A stretch of 32,000 nt of DNA from Megasphaera elsdenii DSM 20460. Lineage in GTDB: Bacteria > Bacillota > Negativicutes > Veillonellales > Megasphaeraceae. The stretch lies in NCBI RefSeq assembly GCF_003010495.1, contig NZ_CP027570.1, forward strand, positions 330,001 through 362,000. Direction: 5' to 3'. The translations under genes were made by a program, and so were the position numbers. This document shows, piece after piece, positions 15,994-24,224 of this stretch. The notes below the pieces were generated by a model. That model saw nothing but the letters and a program-made list of their open reading frames with translations, was not told the origin of the DNA and ran no database searches. The stretch's first letter is position 1, and every line of letters starts with the position of its first letter.

Positions 15994-16449
15994 TCAGGCA
16001 ACCTTATCAGTTTGGGTACGGTAATAGGTATTTTCGGCAAAGTCTTTGACCGATTCTACGTTAAATAATTCATTGTCTCCCAAAGGCGTCTTGGCCATGG
16101 ATTCAGCTACGTAGTCGACATGGGTCCCTGCGACCCAGACACCGGCTGGCAGGAGTTCTACGGCGCTGCGCAGGTTCTTGGAGATATCGTCGGAGAAGAG
16201 GTCGCGATGCATGATGGCAAAGAGGGCCACTTTCCCGGCTTTGAGCCGCGGCAGGACGGCTTGGGAGATACTATCTAATTTCAGGTTCAGGAACCAGACG
16301 CCGGCGAAGACGATGTCGTAATCGTCAAAGTTTTCTGGGGCCTGTTCCATGGGCAGGAAATCTGTATTGGCAGGCAAGACCGAACGGATAGCTTCGGCTA
16401 ATTTTTTAACTCTCCCTGTCTGGGAGGAATACAGTACTAAGGCTTTCAT
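15994..16449 (-). CDS. Flavodoxin-like fold protein
   Basis: MKALVLYSSQTGRVKKLAEAI is a flavodoxin-type FMN phosphate-binding loop, and the protein is short (151 aa). The start was moved to ATG 16449, with AAAGGAG 10 nt upstream. The ORF-track GTG at 16458 has no spacing to the RBS. Confidence 0.7.
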   Translation of the reverse strand: MKALVLYSSQTGRVKKLAEAIRSVLPANTDFLPMEQAPENFDDYDIVFAGVWFLNLKLDSISQAVLPRLKAGKVALFAIMHRDLFSDDISKNLRSAVELLPAGVWVAGTHVDYVAESMAKTPLGDNELFNVESVKDFAENTYYRTQTDKVA

Positions 16450-16645
16450 AGTTTCCACGCTCCTTTCCTATGGATGGACATCACTTTCTATGTCTGTACT
16501 ATACCATGGAAAAAGACGGGAGGCTGTTGTATTTACAACACCTCATAGAATATGTTTTCCATATGGGAAGATAACGATATATATATTTTCCTAATCGTAC
16601 AATTCATGATATACTGACCTTTGTTTCTACGAAAGGAGTCTTATT

Positions 16646-17188
16646 ATGGAATGGATTACGACGACGGATATTCACATTCTCTTTGGGCTGCACCACCTGG
16701 CCGGGCCGCACATGGATATGTTCATGACTTGGTTCACGACGATGATCAATACAATCTGGCTCTGGGCTATCCTGGCTGCTGGCGGTCTTTGGAAACGGCA
16801 GAGCCGGTGGGTCACGATTTCCATCATCGTCGCTGTCTTCCTGGCCATCCTCGTCGGTGATGTGGCCATCAAGCACGTCGTCATGCGCATCCGGCCGTAT
16901 CTGGTCATTCCCGATGCGCCGACGCTGGCTACGCTGAAATACCCGATCAGCTATTCCTTCCCGTCGGGCCATTCTTTCTTTTTCTTTGCTGGCGCAACGG
17001 TCTTGTTCCGTTTCCGCCGGCGCCTGGGCATGGCAGCCTACGGCTTGGCCTGTGTCGTCGCCATTTCCCGCATGTATCTGTTCATGCACTTCCCCAGCGA
17101 CGTCTTCACCGGCGCGGTCCTGGGCATCCTCATCGGGAATATCGCCTGGAAGATGTGCGGGTATGCCAAAAATAGGCTGTCCTATTAA
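16646..17188 (+). CDS. PAP2-family lipid phosphatase (undecaprenyl-diphosphate / phosphatidylglycerophosphate phosphatase type)
   Basis: All three PAP2 motifs are present: KHVVMRIRPY (KxxxxxxRP), FPSGHS (PSGH) and SRMYLFMHFPSDV (SRxxxxxHxxxD). It has 5-6 TM helices. AAAGGAG lies 8 nt upstream of the ATG. Confidence 0.85.
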   Translation: MEWITTTDIHILFGLHHLAGPHMDMFMTWFTTMINTIWLWAILAAGGLWKRQSRWVTISIIVAVFLAILVGDVAIKHVVMRIRPYLVIPDAPTLATLKYPISYSFPSGHSFFFFAGATVLFRFRRRLGMAAYGLACVVAISRMYLFMHFPSDVFTGAVLGILIGNIAWKMCGYAKNRLSY

Positions 17189-17204
17189 GGACAGCCTATT
17201 TTTG
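17171..17204 (+). terminator. Terminator of the PAP2 gene, overlapping its stop codon
   Basis: A 12-bp perfect stem, AATAGGCTGTCC with GGACAGCCTATT, followed by TTTT. It lies between convergent genes. Confidence 0.75.
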
Positions 17205-17227
17205 AGTATTAAGTTTGTAGTTTTTAA

Positions 17228-18025
17228 TTAAGCTTTTGCTTTTTTCGGTACTAAATCGCCGATCCGGTCCAGGATATAATGGGGCTGGTAGGAGAACTGT
17301 TGGATATTTTCCCGGTTCGAGACACCGCTCATGACCAAGACGGTTTCCATACCCGATTCTACCCCGCCGATGATATCCGTATCCATCCGGTCGCCAATCA
17401 TGACGGCTTCTTCAGAATGGACGCCCAGTTTTTTCAAGCCTGTGCGCATCATCAACGGATTGGGCTTGCCGATGAAGTAGGCTTGTTTCCCCGTAGCCAG
17501 TTCAATCGGTGCAATCAAGGCCCGGCATGCCGGGATGACGCCGCGGTCGCTAGGGCTGGTCATATCGCCGTTGGTGCCAATCAGCTTGGCCCCTTTGTTG
17601 ATCAGCTCGGTCGCCTTGATGATCATTTCATAATTATAGCCTGTCGTTTCGCCGACGACTACGTATTCCGGATTGACATCATTGAAGGGGATACCGACTT
17701 CATAAAGGGCATTGATCAAGCCGTGGGCCCCGATGATGTAAGCCGAGCAGCCTGGAGCCTGGGTCTTCAGGAAATGAGCCGTCGCCAGGGCACTCGTGTA
17801 AAAATGACTTTCCTCGACATCCAGTCCCATAGACTGGAGCTTTTTTCGAAGTTCCAGCGGAGTCCGTTCGCTAGAATTGGTAAGGAACAGGAACTGCTTC
17901 TTTTCTTTCTGGAGCCAGTTTACAAATTCCTTTACCCCTGGAATCAAGGTGCTGCCTTGGTAGATGACACCGTCCATATCACTGATGAAACCCTTTTTAG
18001 AACGTATGATATTCAAATCCCTCAT
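17228..18025 (-). CDS. HAD superfamily subfamily IIA phosphatase (NagD/YutF-like)
   Basis: HAD motifs: I DMDGVIYQG, II LTNSS, III IGKPNP, IV GDRMDTDIIGG. AAGGGGGAA RBS. Confidence 0.85.
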   Translation of the reverse strand: MRDLNIIRSKKGFISDMDGVIYQGSTLIPGVKEFVNWLQKEKKQFLFLTNSSERTPLELRKKLQSMGLDVEESHFYTSALATAHFLKTQAPGCSAYIIGAHGLINALYEVGIPFNDVNPEYVVVGETTGYNYEMIIKATELINKGAKLIGTNGDMTSPSDRGVIPACRALIAPIELATGKQAYFIGKPNPLMMRTGLKKLGVHSEEAVMIGDRMDTDIIGGVESGMETVLVMSGVSNRENIQQFSYQPHYILDRIGDLVPKKAKA

Positions 18026-18053
18026 GAATTGATTCCCCCTTTATAGATGAACG

Positions 18054-19214
18054 CTATTGATTTGCCACGAAGCCGGCGATGACCATGCGCTGTACTTCAT
18101 TGGTGCCTTCGTAAATCTGCATGATCTTAGCATCGCGGACGAGTTTTTCTACCGGATATTCCCGGCTGTAACCGAAGCCACCAAGGATCTGGACAGCTTC
18201 CAATGCGACCTGGACGGCTATGTCACCGGCAAAGCATTTGGCAATGGCGGCTTCGCGGGTGTAGTTCCGTTTCGGTACGGCATAGTACGTGTTGAGGAAG
18301 TTGATGATCGACGCACGGGCGACTTCGGTCTTCATATCCATATCGGCCAGTTTAAAGGCGATGACTTCGTGCTTAATGATCGGTTTGCCGAAGGTGACGC
18401 GCTGTTTAGCATATTTGACCGATTCGTCGATAGCCCGCTGAGCAATGCCGACGGCCAACGAGGCAACCATAGGACGGGCCAGGTCCAAAGTCTGCATGGC
18501 ATAGATGAAGCCCTTCCCTTCCTGGCCGATGAGGTGGTCTGCCGGGATGTGGACGTCCTGGAAGATGACTTCCGTCGTATTGGACAGGCGGATACCCATC
18601 TTATCTTCTTCTTTGCCGACGGAAACGCCTGGGCGGTCGCGTTCGACGATGAAGGCCGAAATGCCTTTGACGCCTTTCGTCTTGTCGGTGATGGCGAAGA
18701 CCGTGTAGACCGAAGCGACGCCGCCGTTGGTGATGAAGCATTTCGTGCCGTTCAATACGTATTCATCGCCCTGTTTGACAGCGACGGTCGTCCCGGCTGC
18801 CGCATCGGAACCAGCGTTGGCTTCGGTCAGGCAGAAAGCGCAGAAGCCGCTGCCCTTTTCGCCGGTCAGGTATTCGGCATAGAGCTTCTTCTGGGCGTCC
18901 GTGCCGTGCTGAAGCACCGGTTTCAGGCCCAGGCCGGAAGCGGCGATAGCCGTAGCGACGCCGGCGTCGACTTTGGCCAGTTCTTCATAGACCGCTGCGA
19001 CGGTGTAGTAATCCTGGCCCAGGCCGCCGTATTCTTCCGGGATTTCCAGGCCGCAGAAGCCCATGTCAACGGCTTCCTGATAGATGTCCAGCAATTTCTG
19101 GCCCGGTTCCTTGGCCTGATCCAGTTCATGAACAAAGGGAGCCACTTTCTTTTCAGCAAAATCCTTTGCCAAGTTAACCAGATCCTGCTGATCTTTCTTC
19201 AAAATATAACCCAT
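18054..19214 (-). CDS. Acyl-CoA dehydrogenase, short-chain/butyryl-CoA dehydrogenase-like
   Basis: ACAD family throughout (GLEIPEEYGG, FCLTEANAGSD, KCFITNGG, ...IMQIYEGTNEVQRMVIAGF). The start was moved from 19301 to ATG 19214 (MGYILKKDQQDL), which has GGAGG 9 nt upstream. The upstream 29 codons have no homology signal. Confidence 0.88.
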   Translation of the reverse strand: MGYILKKDQQDLVNLAKDFAEKKVAPFVHELDQAKEPGQKLLDIYQEAVDMGFCGLEIPEEYGGLGQDYYTVAAVYEELAKVDAGVATAIAASGLGLKPVLQHGTDAQKKLYAEYLTGEKGSGFCAFCLTEANAGSDAAAGTTVAVKQGDEYVLNGTKCFITNGGVASVYTVFAITDKTKGVKGISAFIVERDRPGVSVGKEEDKMGIRLSNTTEVIFQDVHIPADHLIGQEGKGFIYAMQTLDLARPMVASLAVGIAQRAIDESVKYAKQRVTFGKPIIKHEVIAFKLADMDMKTEVARASIINFLNTYYAVPKRNYTREAAIAKCFAGDIAVQVALEAVQILGGFGYSREYPVEKLVRDAKIMQIYEGTNEVQRMVIAGFVANQ

Positions 19215-19449
19215 GATGAAAACCTCCTCTGACAGAAAATAAGCGGATGACAAATGCGGATATACTATACTATTTATTTTCATTCTATCAGAAATGGCCA
19301 AAAAAGCAACTGTTAGTGGCTAGCAAGCCGTTCGTAGGGGCCGTCCCAAAGTGCGGCCCGCTTCAGGATATGTATGATTTTTCCCAACTAGTCTGTCAGA
19401 AGAATTATCCAAATTCCGGAACGGGCCCGCCACGTGCGAGTCCCTACAA

Positions 19450-19490
19450 CAAAAAAAGAGAGGCCGTTATATTAATAACAGCCTCTCTTT
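19450..19490 (-). terminator. Terminator downstream of tRNA-Pro (bidirectional shape)
   Basis: AGAGAGGC (19457-19464) pairs with GCCTCTCT (19481-19488). The stem is flanked by A7 and T6 runs. Confidence 0.7.
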
Positions 19491-19497
19491 TTTGTCT

Positions 19498-19574
19498 TGG
19501 TCGGAACGGCGAGATTTGAACTCGCGACCTCTTCCACCCCAAGGAAGCGCGCTACCAAGCTGCGCCACGTCCCG
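19498..19574 (-). tRNA. tRNA-Pro, anticodon GGG, CCA encoded
   Basis: The reverse complement is CGGGACGTGGCGCAGCTTGGTAGCGCGCTTCCTTGGGGTGGAAGAGGTCGCGAGTTCAAATCTCGCCGTTCCGACCA. Acceptor CGGGACG/CGTTCCG. Anticodon loop TTGGGGT (U33, GGG, G37). T loop TTCAAAT. 77 nt. Confidence 0.92.
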
Positions 19575-19585
19575 TCGACTTTTCT

Positions 19586-19614
19586 ATTTTAACTGATTCG
19601 ACGGGACTTGTCAA
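19586..19614 (-). promoter_or_regulatory. Promoter of tRNA-Pro
   Basis: On the minus strand: TTGACA (19609-19614), 17 nt spacer, TAAAAT (19586-19591), 11 nt upstream of the tRNA 5' end. Confidence 0.65.
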
Positions 19615-19618
19615 TAGT

Positions 19619-20968
19619 CTATTTGTTATCTCTTTTGCGGAAAAACGGCAGGGCGACTTCCGGGAACAAGGTATAGCTCAGGACGTCTTCCGGGCTGGCA
19701 TTGGGGAAGCCTTCATCAGCCAGGGCCTTCTTCGATTTTTCCAGTTCCGGTTCCAAGTCGTCAGCCGGTCGATGGGTGATGACCGGTTCGTCGCCGATGC
19801 ACATCTTGCGGAATTTTTCGTCAATCTTGCCGGGAACGCGGCCGTATTTGCCGCGGACGATGTCGCGGACTTCGTTGGTGACGATCTTATAGCGGCCGTA
19901 GAGGACGTTCAGGGCCGCTGCCGAGCCGGTAATCTGGCTGGTCGGCGTGACCAGCGGCGGATAACCGAGGTCGCGGCGGACGTTGGGCATTTCGGCCAGG
20001 ACTTCGTCGAAGCGGTCTTCGGCGCCCTGGGCCTTGAGCTGATTGTAGAGATTGGTCAGCATGCCGCCGGGAATCTGGTATTTGCGGACAGCCGGGTTGA
20101 TTTGGCTGGGCATGGTCAGTTTAAATTCATCTTCCAGTTCCTTGCGGACGTTCTTGAAGTGGTCGACGATGGGCCACAGGCGGTCGACGTCGATGTCCGT
20201 ATCGTAAATGCTGTGTTGCAGGGACATGACCATTGATTCCGTCGCCGGCTGGCTGGTGATTTCACCGAACGGCGACAAGGCCGTATCAATGATATCGACA
20301 CCGGCTTCGATGGCCTTCATGTAGGTCATTTCGCCGAGGCCGCACGTGCAGTGCGTGTGCAGTTCGATGGGGACGGACAAGTGCTTCTTGAGCATGCGGA
20401 TCAGGTTGTAGGCATCATACGGCGACAACAGGCCGGACATATCTTTGATGCAGATCGAGTCGACGCCCATATCCTGCAATTCTTTAGCGACTTTGGTGAA
20501 CGATTCCATCGTATGGATAGGGCTGATGGTGTAGACCAGGGCACCCTGGACATGGACAGATTTCGTATCTTTCGCCGCTTTGATGGATGCTTCCAGGTTG
20601 CGCGGGTCGTTGAGAGCGTCGAAGACGCGGATGATGTCAATGCCGTTATCGACGGCACGGTTGACAAATTCGTAGACGACGTCGTCGGCATAATGGCGGT
20701 AGCCTAAGATATTCTGGCCGCGGAACAGCATCTGCAGCGGCGTCTTCTTGACGTGCTTCTTGATGGTCCGCAGGCGTTCCCAAGGGTCTTCGTCGAGGAA
20801 GCGCATACACGAATCAAAGGTAGCGCCGCCCCAACATTCCAGGGCATTATAGCCGACTTCATCCATCGCTTCCAGGACCGGCAGCATCTGGCGCAGGCGC
20901 ATACGCGTGGCCGCAATGGACTGGTGGCCGTCGCGAAGGACCGTTTCTGTGATTTTTACTCTTGCCAT
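19619..20968 (-). CDS. Carboxyltransferase of the oxaloacetate decarboxylase alpha / pyruvate carboxylase B / transcarboxylase 5S family, without a biotinyl domain
   Basis: The N-terminus ITETVLRDGHQS is the HMGL-like TIM barrel motif. CIKDMSGLL carries the carbamylated-Lys KDM motif, and ELHTHCTCG is the HxH metal site. A conserved PYC_OADA C-terminal region is present. The protein ends at 449 aa with no AMKM biotin attachment motif. GGAGG RBS. Confidence 0.85.
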   Translation of the reverse strand: MARVKITETVLRDGHQSIAATRMRLRQMLPVLEAMDEVGYNALECWGGATFDSCMRFLDEDPWERLRTIKKHVKKTPLQMLFRGQNILGYRHYADDVVYEFVNRAVDNGIDIIRVFDALNDPRNLEASIKAAKDTKSVHVQGALVYTISPIHTMESFTKVAKELQDMGVDSICIKDMSGLLSPYDAYNLIRMLKKHLSVPIELHTHCTCGLGEMTYMKAIEAGVDIIDTALSPFGEITSQPATESMVMSLQHSIYDTDIDVDRLWPIVDHFKNVRKELEDEFKLTMPSQINPAVRKYQIPGGMLTNLYNQLKAQGAEDRFDEVLAEMPNVRRDLGYPPLVTPTSQITGSAAALNVLYGRYKIVTNEVRDIVRGKYGRVPGKIDEKFRKMCIGDEPVITHRPADDLEPELEKSKKALADEGFPNASPEDVLSYTLFPEVALPFFRKRDNK

Positions 20969-21033
20969 TCTATTTCCTCCAATATTGTATTTATCTTCAA
21001 AGGTTGGATGCGAAAATCATGCGTACTATTTTA

Positions 21034-22089
21034 TTATATCATAGTAGGACCGGTTTTGCTATTCACATCGAGGTCATAGCTTGTCCGCCCCTGGCAGACG
21101 CGGATATGACCGACGGGCACCTCATCCTGGCGCCAGGTCAGGCGATGAGGCAGGCTCCAGCGGGCCGTCTTGACGGTGACGTTGCGATAGCCCCGGACGC
21201 GGGACGTGTCGCGCCGGTTGTAACAAATGGTGATGCCCGGTCCAGCAGGCAGGCTGCGGAGGAAGGACAGGAGCTGCCGGCCATAGCGGCGGGTATCGAC
21301 TAATTCGCCCATAGCCGGCGTATAGGCCCCGGCCAGGACCTGCGTGTCGTCATCCAGGTCTTCCGTGGCTTGCAGGCCCGTCCGGATGCAATTTATGCCC
21401 TGTTCCAGGAAGCGTTGCTTCATATAGGCGGCCCGGACGACGCCTTCATGGATGGTCAGGGCATGGTAGCAGCCGGCCCGCCAGCTGTCGGCCAGGTCCG
21501 TCCCGGTGAGGACGGCAACGGGATAGATGCGGGCCAAATCCGGCTGGAGGCGGCAGATGGCGTCTGTCGTCCGGACCAGGCTGTCCCAGTCTTCCCCAGG
21601 CAGGCCGGGCATGAGCTGATGACCGACAGTGAAGCCGTACTGCCGCAAGAGTTCCGTCGCCGCCACGACGTCCCCTGCTGTGTGGCCCCGCCGGGCCTTT
21701 GTGAGGACATCATCATCCATGGACTGGACGCCCAGTTCGACACAGGTCAGGCCATAGCCTTGCAGGCGCTCCAAGATAGCCGGCGTAATGCAGTCCGGCC
21801 GGGTCGAACAGCGGATTCCGTCAATGGTACCGGCCATAAGGGCTTCATGCGCCGGCTGCAGCAGGCCTTCCTGGATCTCTACGGGAATAGCCGTGAAACT
21901 GCCGCCATAGAAGGCAACTTCCCATCGGCGCGGCGTCCGGGCCGAAGCCGTATAAGAGGCAATGAGGCGGCGCACCTCATCAGGCGACGGAACCCCTCTA
22001 TGCCCGGTAATCTGCCACTGATTACAAAAGACACAGCGATGAGGACAGCCGATATGAGGAATGAAAATAGGGATAATAGACGTTTGCAT
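21034..22089 (-). CDS. ELP3-like radical SAM protein
   Basis: CPHRCVFCNQ is a CxxxCxxC motif near the N-terminus (IPIFIPHIGCPHRCVFC), followed by a TIM-barrel radical SAM core. The start was moved to ATG 22089 (MQTSIIP), which has AGGAGG 6 nt upstream. Confidence 0.8.
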   Translation of the reverse strand: MQTSIIPIFIPHIGCPHRCVFCNQWQITGHRGVPSPDEVRRLIASYTASARTPRRWEVAFYGGSFTAIPVEIQEGLLQPAHEALMAGTIDGIRCSTRPDCITPAILERLQGYGLTCVELGVQSMDDDVLTKARRGHTAGDVVAATELLRQYGFTVGHQLMPGLPGEDWDSLVRTTDAICRLQPDLARIYPVAVLTGTDLADSWRAGCYHALTIHEGVVRAAYMKQRFLEQGINCIRTGLQATEDLDDDTQVLAGAYTPAMGELVDTRRYGRQLLSFLRSLPAGPGITICYNRRDTSRVRGYRNVTVKTARWSLPHRLTWRQDEVPVGHIRVCQGRTSYDLDVNSKTGPTMI

Positions 22090-22101
22090 GAGGCCTCCTG
22101 T

Positions 22102-22140
22102 AAAAAAAAGGCGCTGTCGCATGAAGACAGCGCCTTTTTT
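22102..22140 (-). terminator. Rho-independent terminator after rnc, ending 13 nt before the radical SAM start codon
   Basis: An 11-bp stem, AAGGCGCTGTC with GACAGCGCCTT. It has U8 on the minus strand and T6 on the plus strand. Confidence 0.75.
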
Positions 22141-22141
22141 A

Positions 22142-22204
22142 GTGGTTCGTTGTTCGTGGTTTGTGGTTCGTAATACTAGCCACTAGCCACGAATCACTAG
22201 CCAC
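22142..22204. repeat. 63-nt imperfect palindrome built of short GTGGYTMGT repeats, immediately 3' of the rnc stop codon
   Basis: Left arm GTGGTTCGTTGTTCGTGGTTTGTGGTTCGT (22142-22171), spacer AAT, right arm ACTAGCCACTAGCCACGAATCACTAGCCAC (22175-22204). 21 of 30 positions are Watson-Crick complementary on the minus-strand RNA. Confidence 0.7.
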
Positions 22205-22921
22205 TCAAAACTCTTCGCCTTTCAATTTCATGAGTGCTGTGTGCGCTGCATGTTGTTCGGCGTCTTTTTTTGTTTTTCCCGATCCTTCGCCCAGGACTTT
22301 GCCGTTGACCTTGACTTCCATGTAGAAGGTCTTGTCATGATCCGGTCCTTCGCTGCGGCACAGTTCGTATTCGATGTGCTGCGGGCCTTCTTGCTGGACG
22401 TATTCCTGGAAGAGGGTCTTATAGTCTTTTTCATAATGGCCGCTCTTGACTAGGTCCAGGTAGCCTTTGAGCTGGTGAAGGATGAATTTCCGTGCTTCTT
22501 CATAGGAACTGTCGATGTAGATGGCACCGACGACGGCTTCAAAGGCGTCGGCCATGATGCTCGGCCGCGTGCGGCCGCCCGTAGCCAGTTCCCCCTTGCC
22601 CAGGAGGATATAGTCCCCCATGTGGAACTTGGCACAGACCGAAGCCAGCGGCGTTTCGCTGACGACGCTGGCCCGGGCCTTAGAGAGTTCCCCTTCGGGC
22701 ATGTTGGGATAATGAAGGAACAGGTACTCCCCTACGACCAGGTCCAGGATGGCATCGCCTAAAAATTCCAGGCGTTCATTGTAATAGCCATGGCTGGCCT
22801 TGTTTTCATTGGCGTAGGAAGAATGGGTCAGGGCCTGGTCCAAAACGAGGAGGTTATGGAATTCCTTGAGGCCCAGGACCTGTATGAATTGTTCTAACTG
22901 TTGTTTCCGTTCTGTATCCAT
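22205..22921 (-). CDS. rnc: Ribonuclease III
   Basis: RNase III signature NERLEFLGDAILD, catalytic acidic residues and a C-terminal dsRBD (KTFYMEVKVNGKVLGEGSGKTKKDAEQHAAHTAL). 238 aa. Confidence 0.95.
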   Translation of the reverse strand: MDTERKQQLEQFIQVLGLKEFHNLLVLDQALTHSSYANENKASHGYYNERLEFLGDAILDLVVGEYLFLHYPNMPEGELSKARASVVSETPLASVCAKFHMGDYILLGKGELATGGRTRPSIMADAFEAVVGAIYIDSSYEEARKFILHQLKGYLDLVKSGHYEKDYKTLFQEYVQQEGPQHIEYELCRSEGPDHDKTFYMEVKVNGKVLGEGSGKTKKDAEQHAAHTALMKLKGEEF

Positions 22922-22938
22922 CAGGTCAGTCTTCTTTA

Positions 22939-24201
22939 TTATTCAGCGTACTTCTTGAAGAGCAGGGTTGCATTGTGACCGCCGAAACCGAAGGAGTTGG
23001 AAATGGCGACGTTGACGTCGGCTTCTACGGCTTTGTTCGGTACATAGTTGAGGCCCAGTTCTTTCAATTCGTCTTCCGGTTCGACGAGGTTGATCGTCGG
23101 ATGGACTTTGCCCGTTTCGATGGTCATGGCGCAGGCAATGGCTTCGACAGCGCCGGCAGCGCCGAGGAGATGACCTGTCATGGACTTCGTTGAGCTGATG
23201 AGCATATCTTTGGCATGGTCGCCGAAGACGCGGGCAATGGCCTTCGATTCGTTGAGGTCATTGAGGTGCGTCGACGTGCCGTGAGCGTTGACATAGTCGA
23301 CGTCTTCCGGCTGGAGGCCGGCGTCTTTGACAGCCAGGGCCATGCACTTGGACTGCTGGATGCCTTCCGGAGCCGGAGCGGTGATGTGGTAAGCGTCGGC
23401 ATTGCTGCCATAACCGCCGATTTCACAGTAGATGTGAGCGCCGCGTTTCTTAGCGTGTTCCAATTCTTCGAGGAAGACGACGCCAGCACCTTCGCCCATG
23501 ACGAAACCGTCGCGGTCTTTATCGAAGGGGCGCGATGCATGAGCCGGGTCATCGTTGCGCGTGCTCAAGGCTTTCATAGCGGCAAAGCCGGCGACAGCGC
23601 CCGGAGAAACAGCGGCTTCCGTACCGCCGGCAACGGCAGCGTCGAGTTCGCCGCGCTGGATCATGCGGTAAGCAGCGCCGATGGAGTTCGTACCCGTAGC
23701 ACAAGCCGTGACGACGCTGGCGCAATGGCCCTGGAGGCCAAAGAAGATCGATACCTGGCCCGATGCCATGTTGGCGATCATCTTCGGTACGACGAAGGGA
23801 TTGACGCGGGACGGACCTTTGGCGAACAAGCCTTTGTACAAGTTGTGGAGCGTTTCCATACCGCCAATGCCGGTACCGATGATCGTACCGATGCGGTCGC
23901 GGTCTTCTTCATCCAGATTGATTTTGGAATCGTCGAGAGCCAATTTAGCAGCCGCTACGGAGAACTGAGTAGACGGATCCATGTGGCGGGCTTCTTTACG
24001 GTCGATGCCGTAGTCAGCGGGGTTAAAATCTTTGACTTCGCCGGCAATGCGGGCAGCATATTCGGTTGTGTCAAAGTGGGTAATGGGGCCGATGCCGTTT
24101 TCGCCGTTGAGCAGGGCATTCCAGAAGGTATCCTTGCCGATGCCGACAGGAGAAATGACACCTAACCCGGTAATTACTACGCGTTTTTCCAAAGTTTTCA
24201 C
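22939..24201 (-). CDS. fabF: 3-oxoacyl-ACP synthase II
   Basis: Active-site Cys in VVTACATGTNSIG. HGTST and GHLLGAAG His motifs. C-terminal NSFGFGGHNATLLFK. The true start may be TTG at 24192 (MEKRVVITG), which has GAGGTG 6 nt upstream, rather than GTG 24201. Confidence 0.93.
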   Translation of the reverse strand: MKTLEKRVVITGLGVISPVGIGKDTFWNALLNGENGIGPITHFDTTEYAARIAGEVKDFNPADYGIDRKEARHMDPSTQFSVAAAKLALDDSKINLDEEDRDRIGTIIGTGIGGMETLHNLYKGLFAKGPSRVNPFVVPKMIANMASGQVSIFFGLQGHCASVVTACATGTNSIGAAYRMIQRGELDAAVAGGTEAAVSPGAVAGFAAMKALSTRNDDPAHASRPFDKDRDGFVMGEGAGVVFLEELEHAKKRGAHIYCEIGGYGSNADAYHITAPAPEGIQQSKCMALAVKDAGLQPEDVDYVNAHGTSTHLNDLNESKAIARVFGDHAKDMLISSTKSMTGHLLGAAGAVEAIACAMTIETGKVHPTINLVEPEDELKELGLNYVPNKAVEADVNVAISNSFGFGGHNATLLFKKYAE

Positions 24202-24224
24202 CTCATTAAAAAAGTTAACACCAA

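Noticed and set aside
16604-17089. 161-aa minus-strand ORF, and a plus-strand ORF at 16986-17231, overlapping the PAP2 gene
   Set aside because: The PAP2 frame carries all three catalytic motifs. The alternatives are Arg/Asp/Pro-rich shadow frames.
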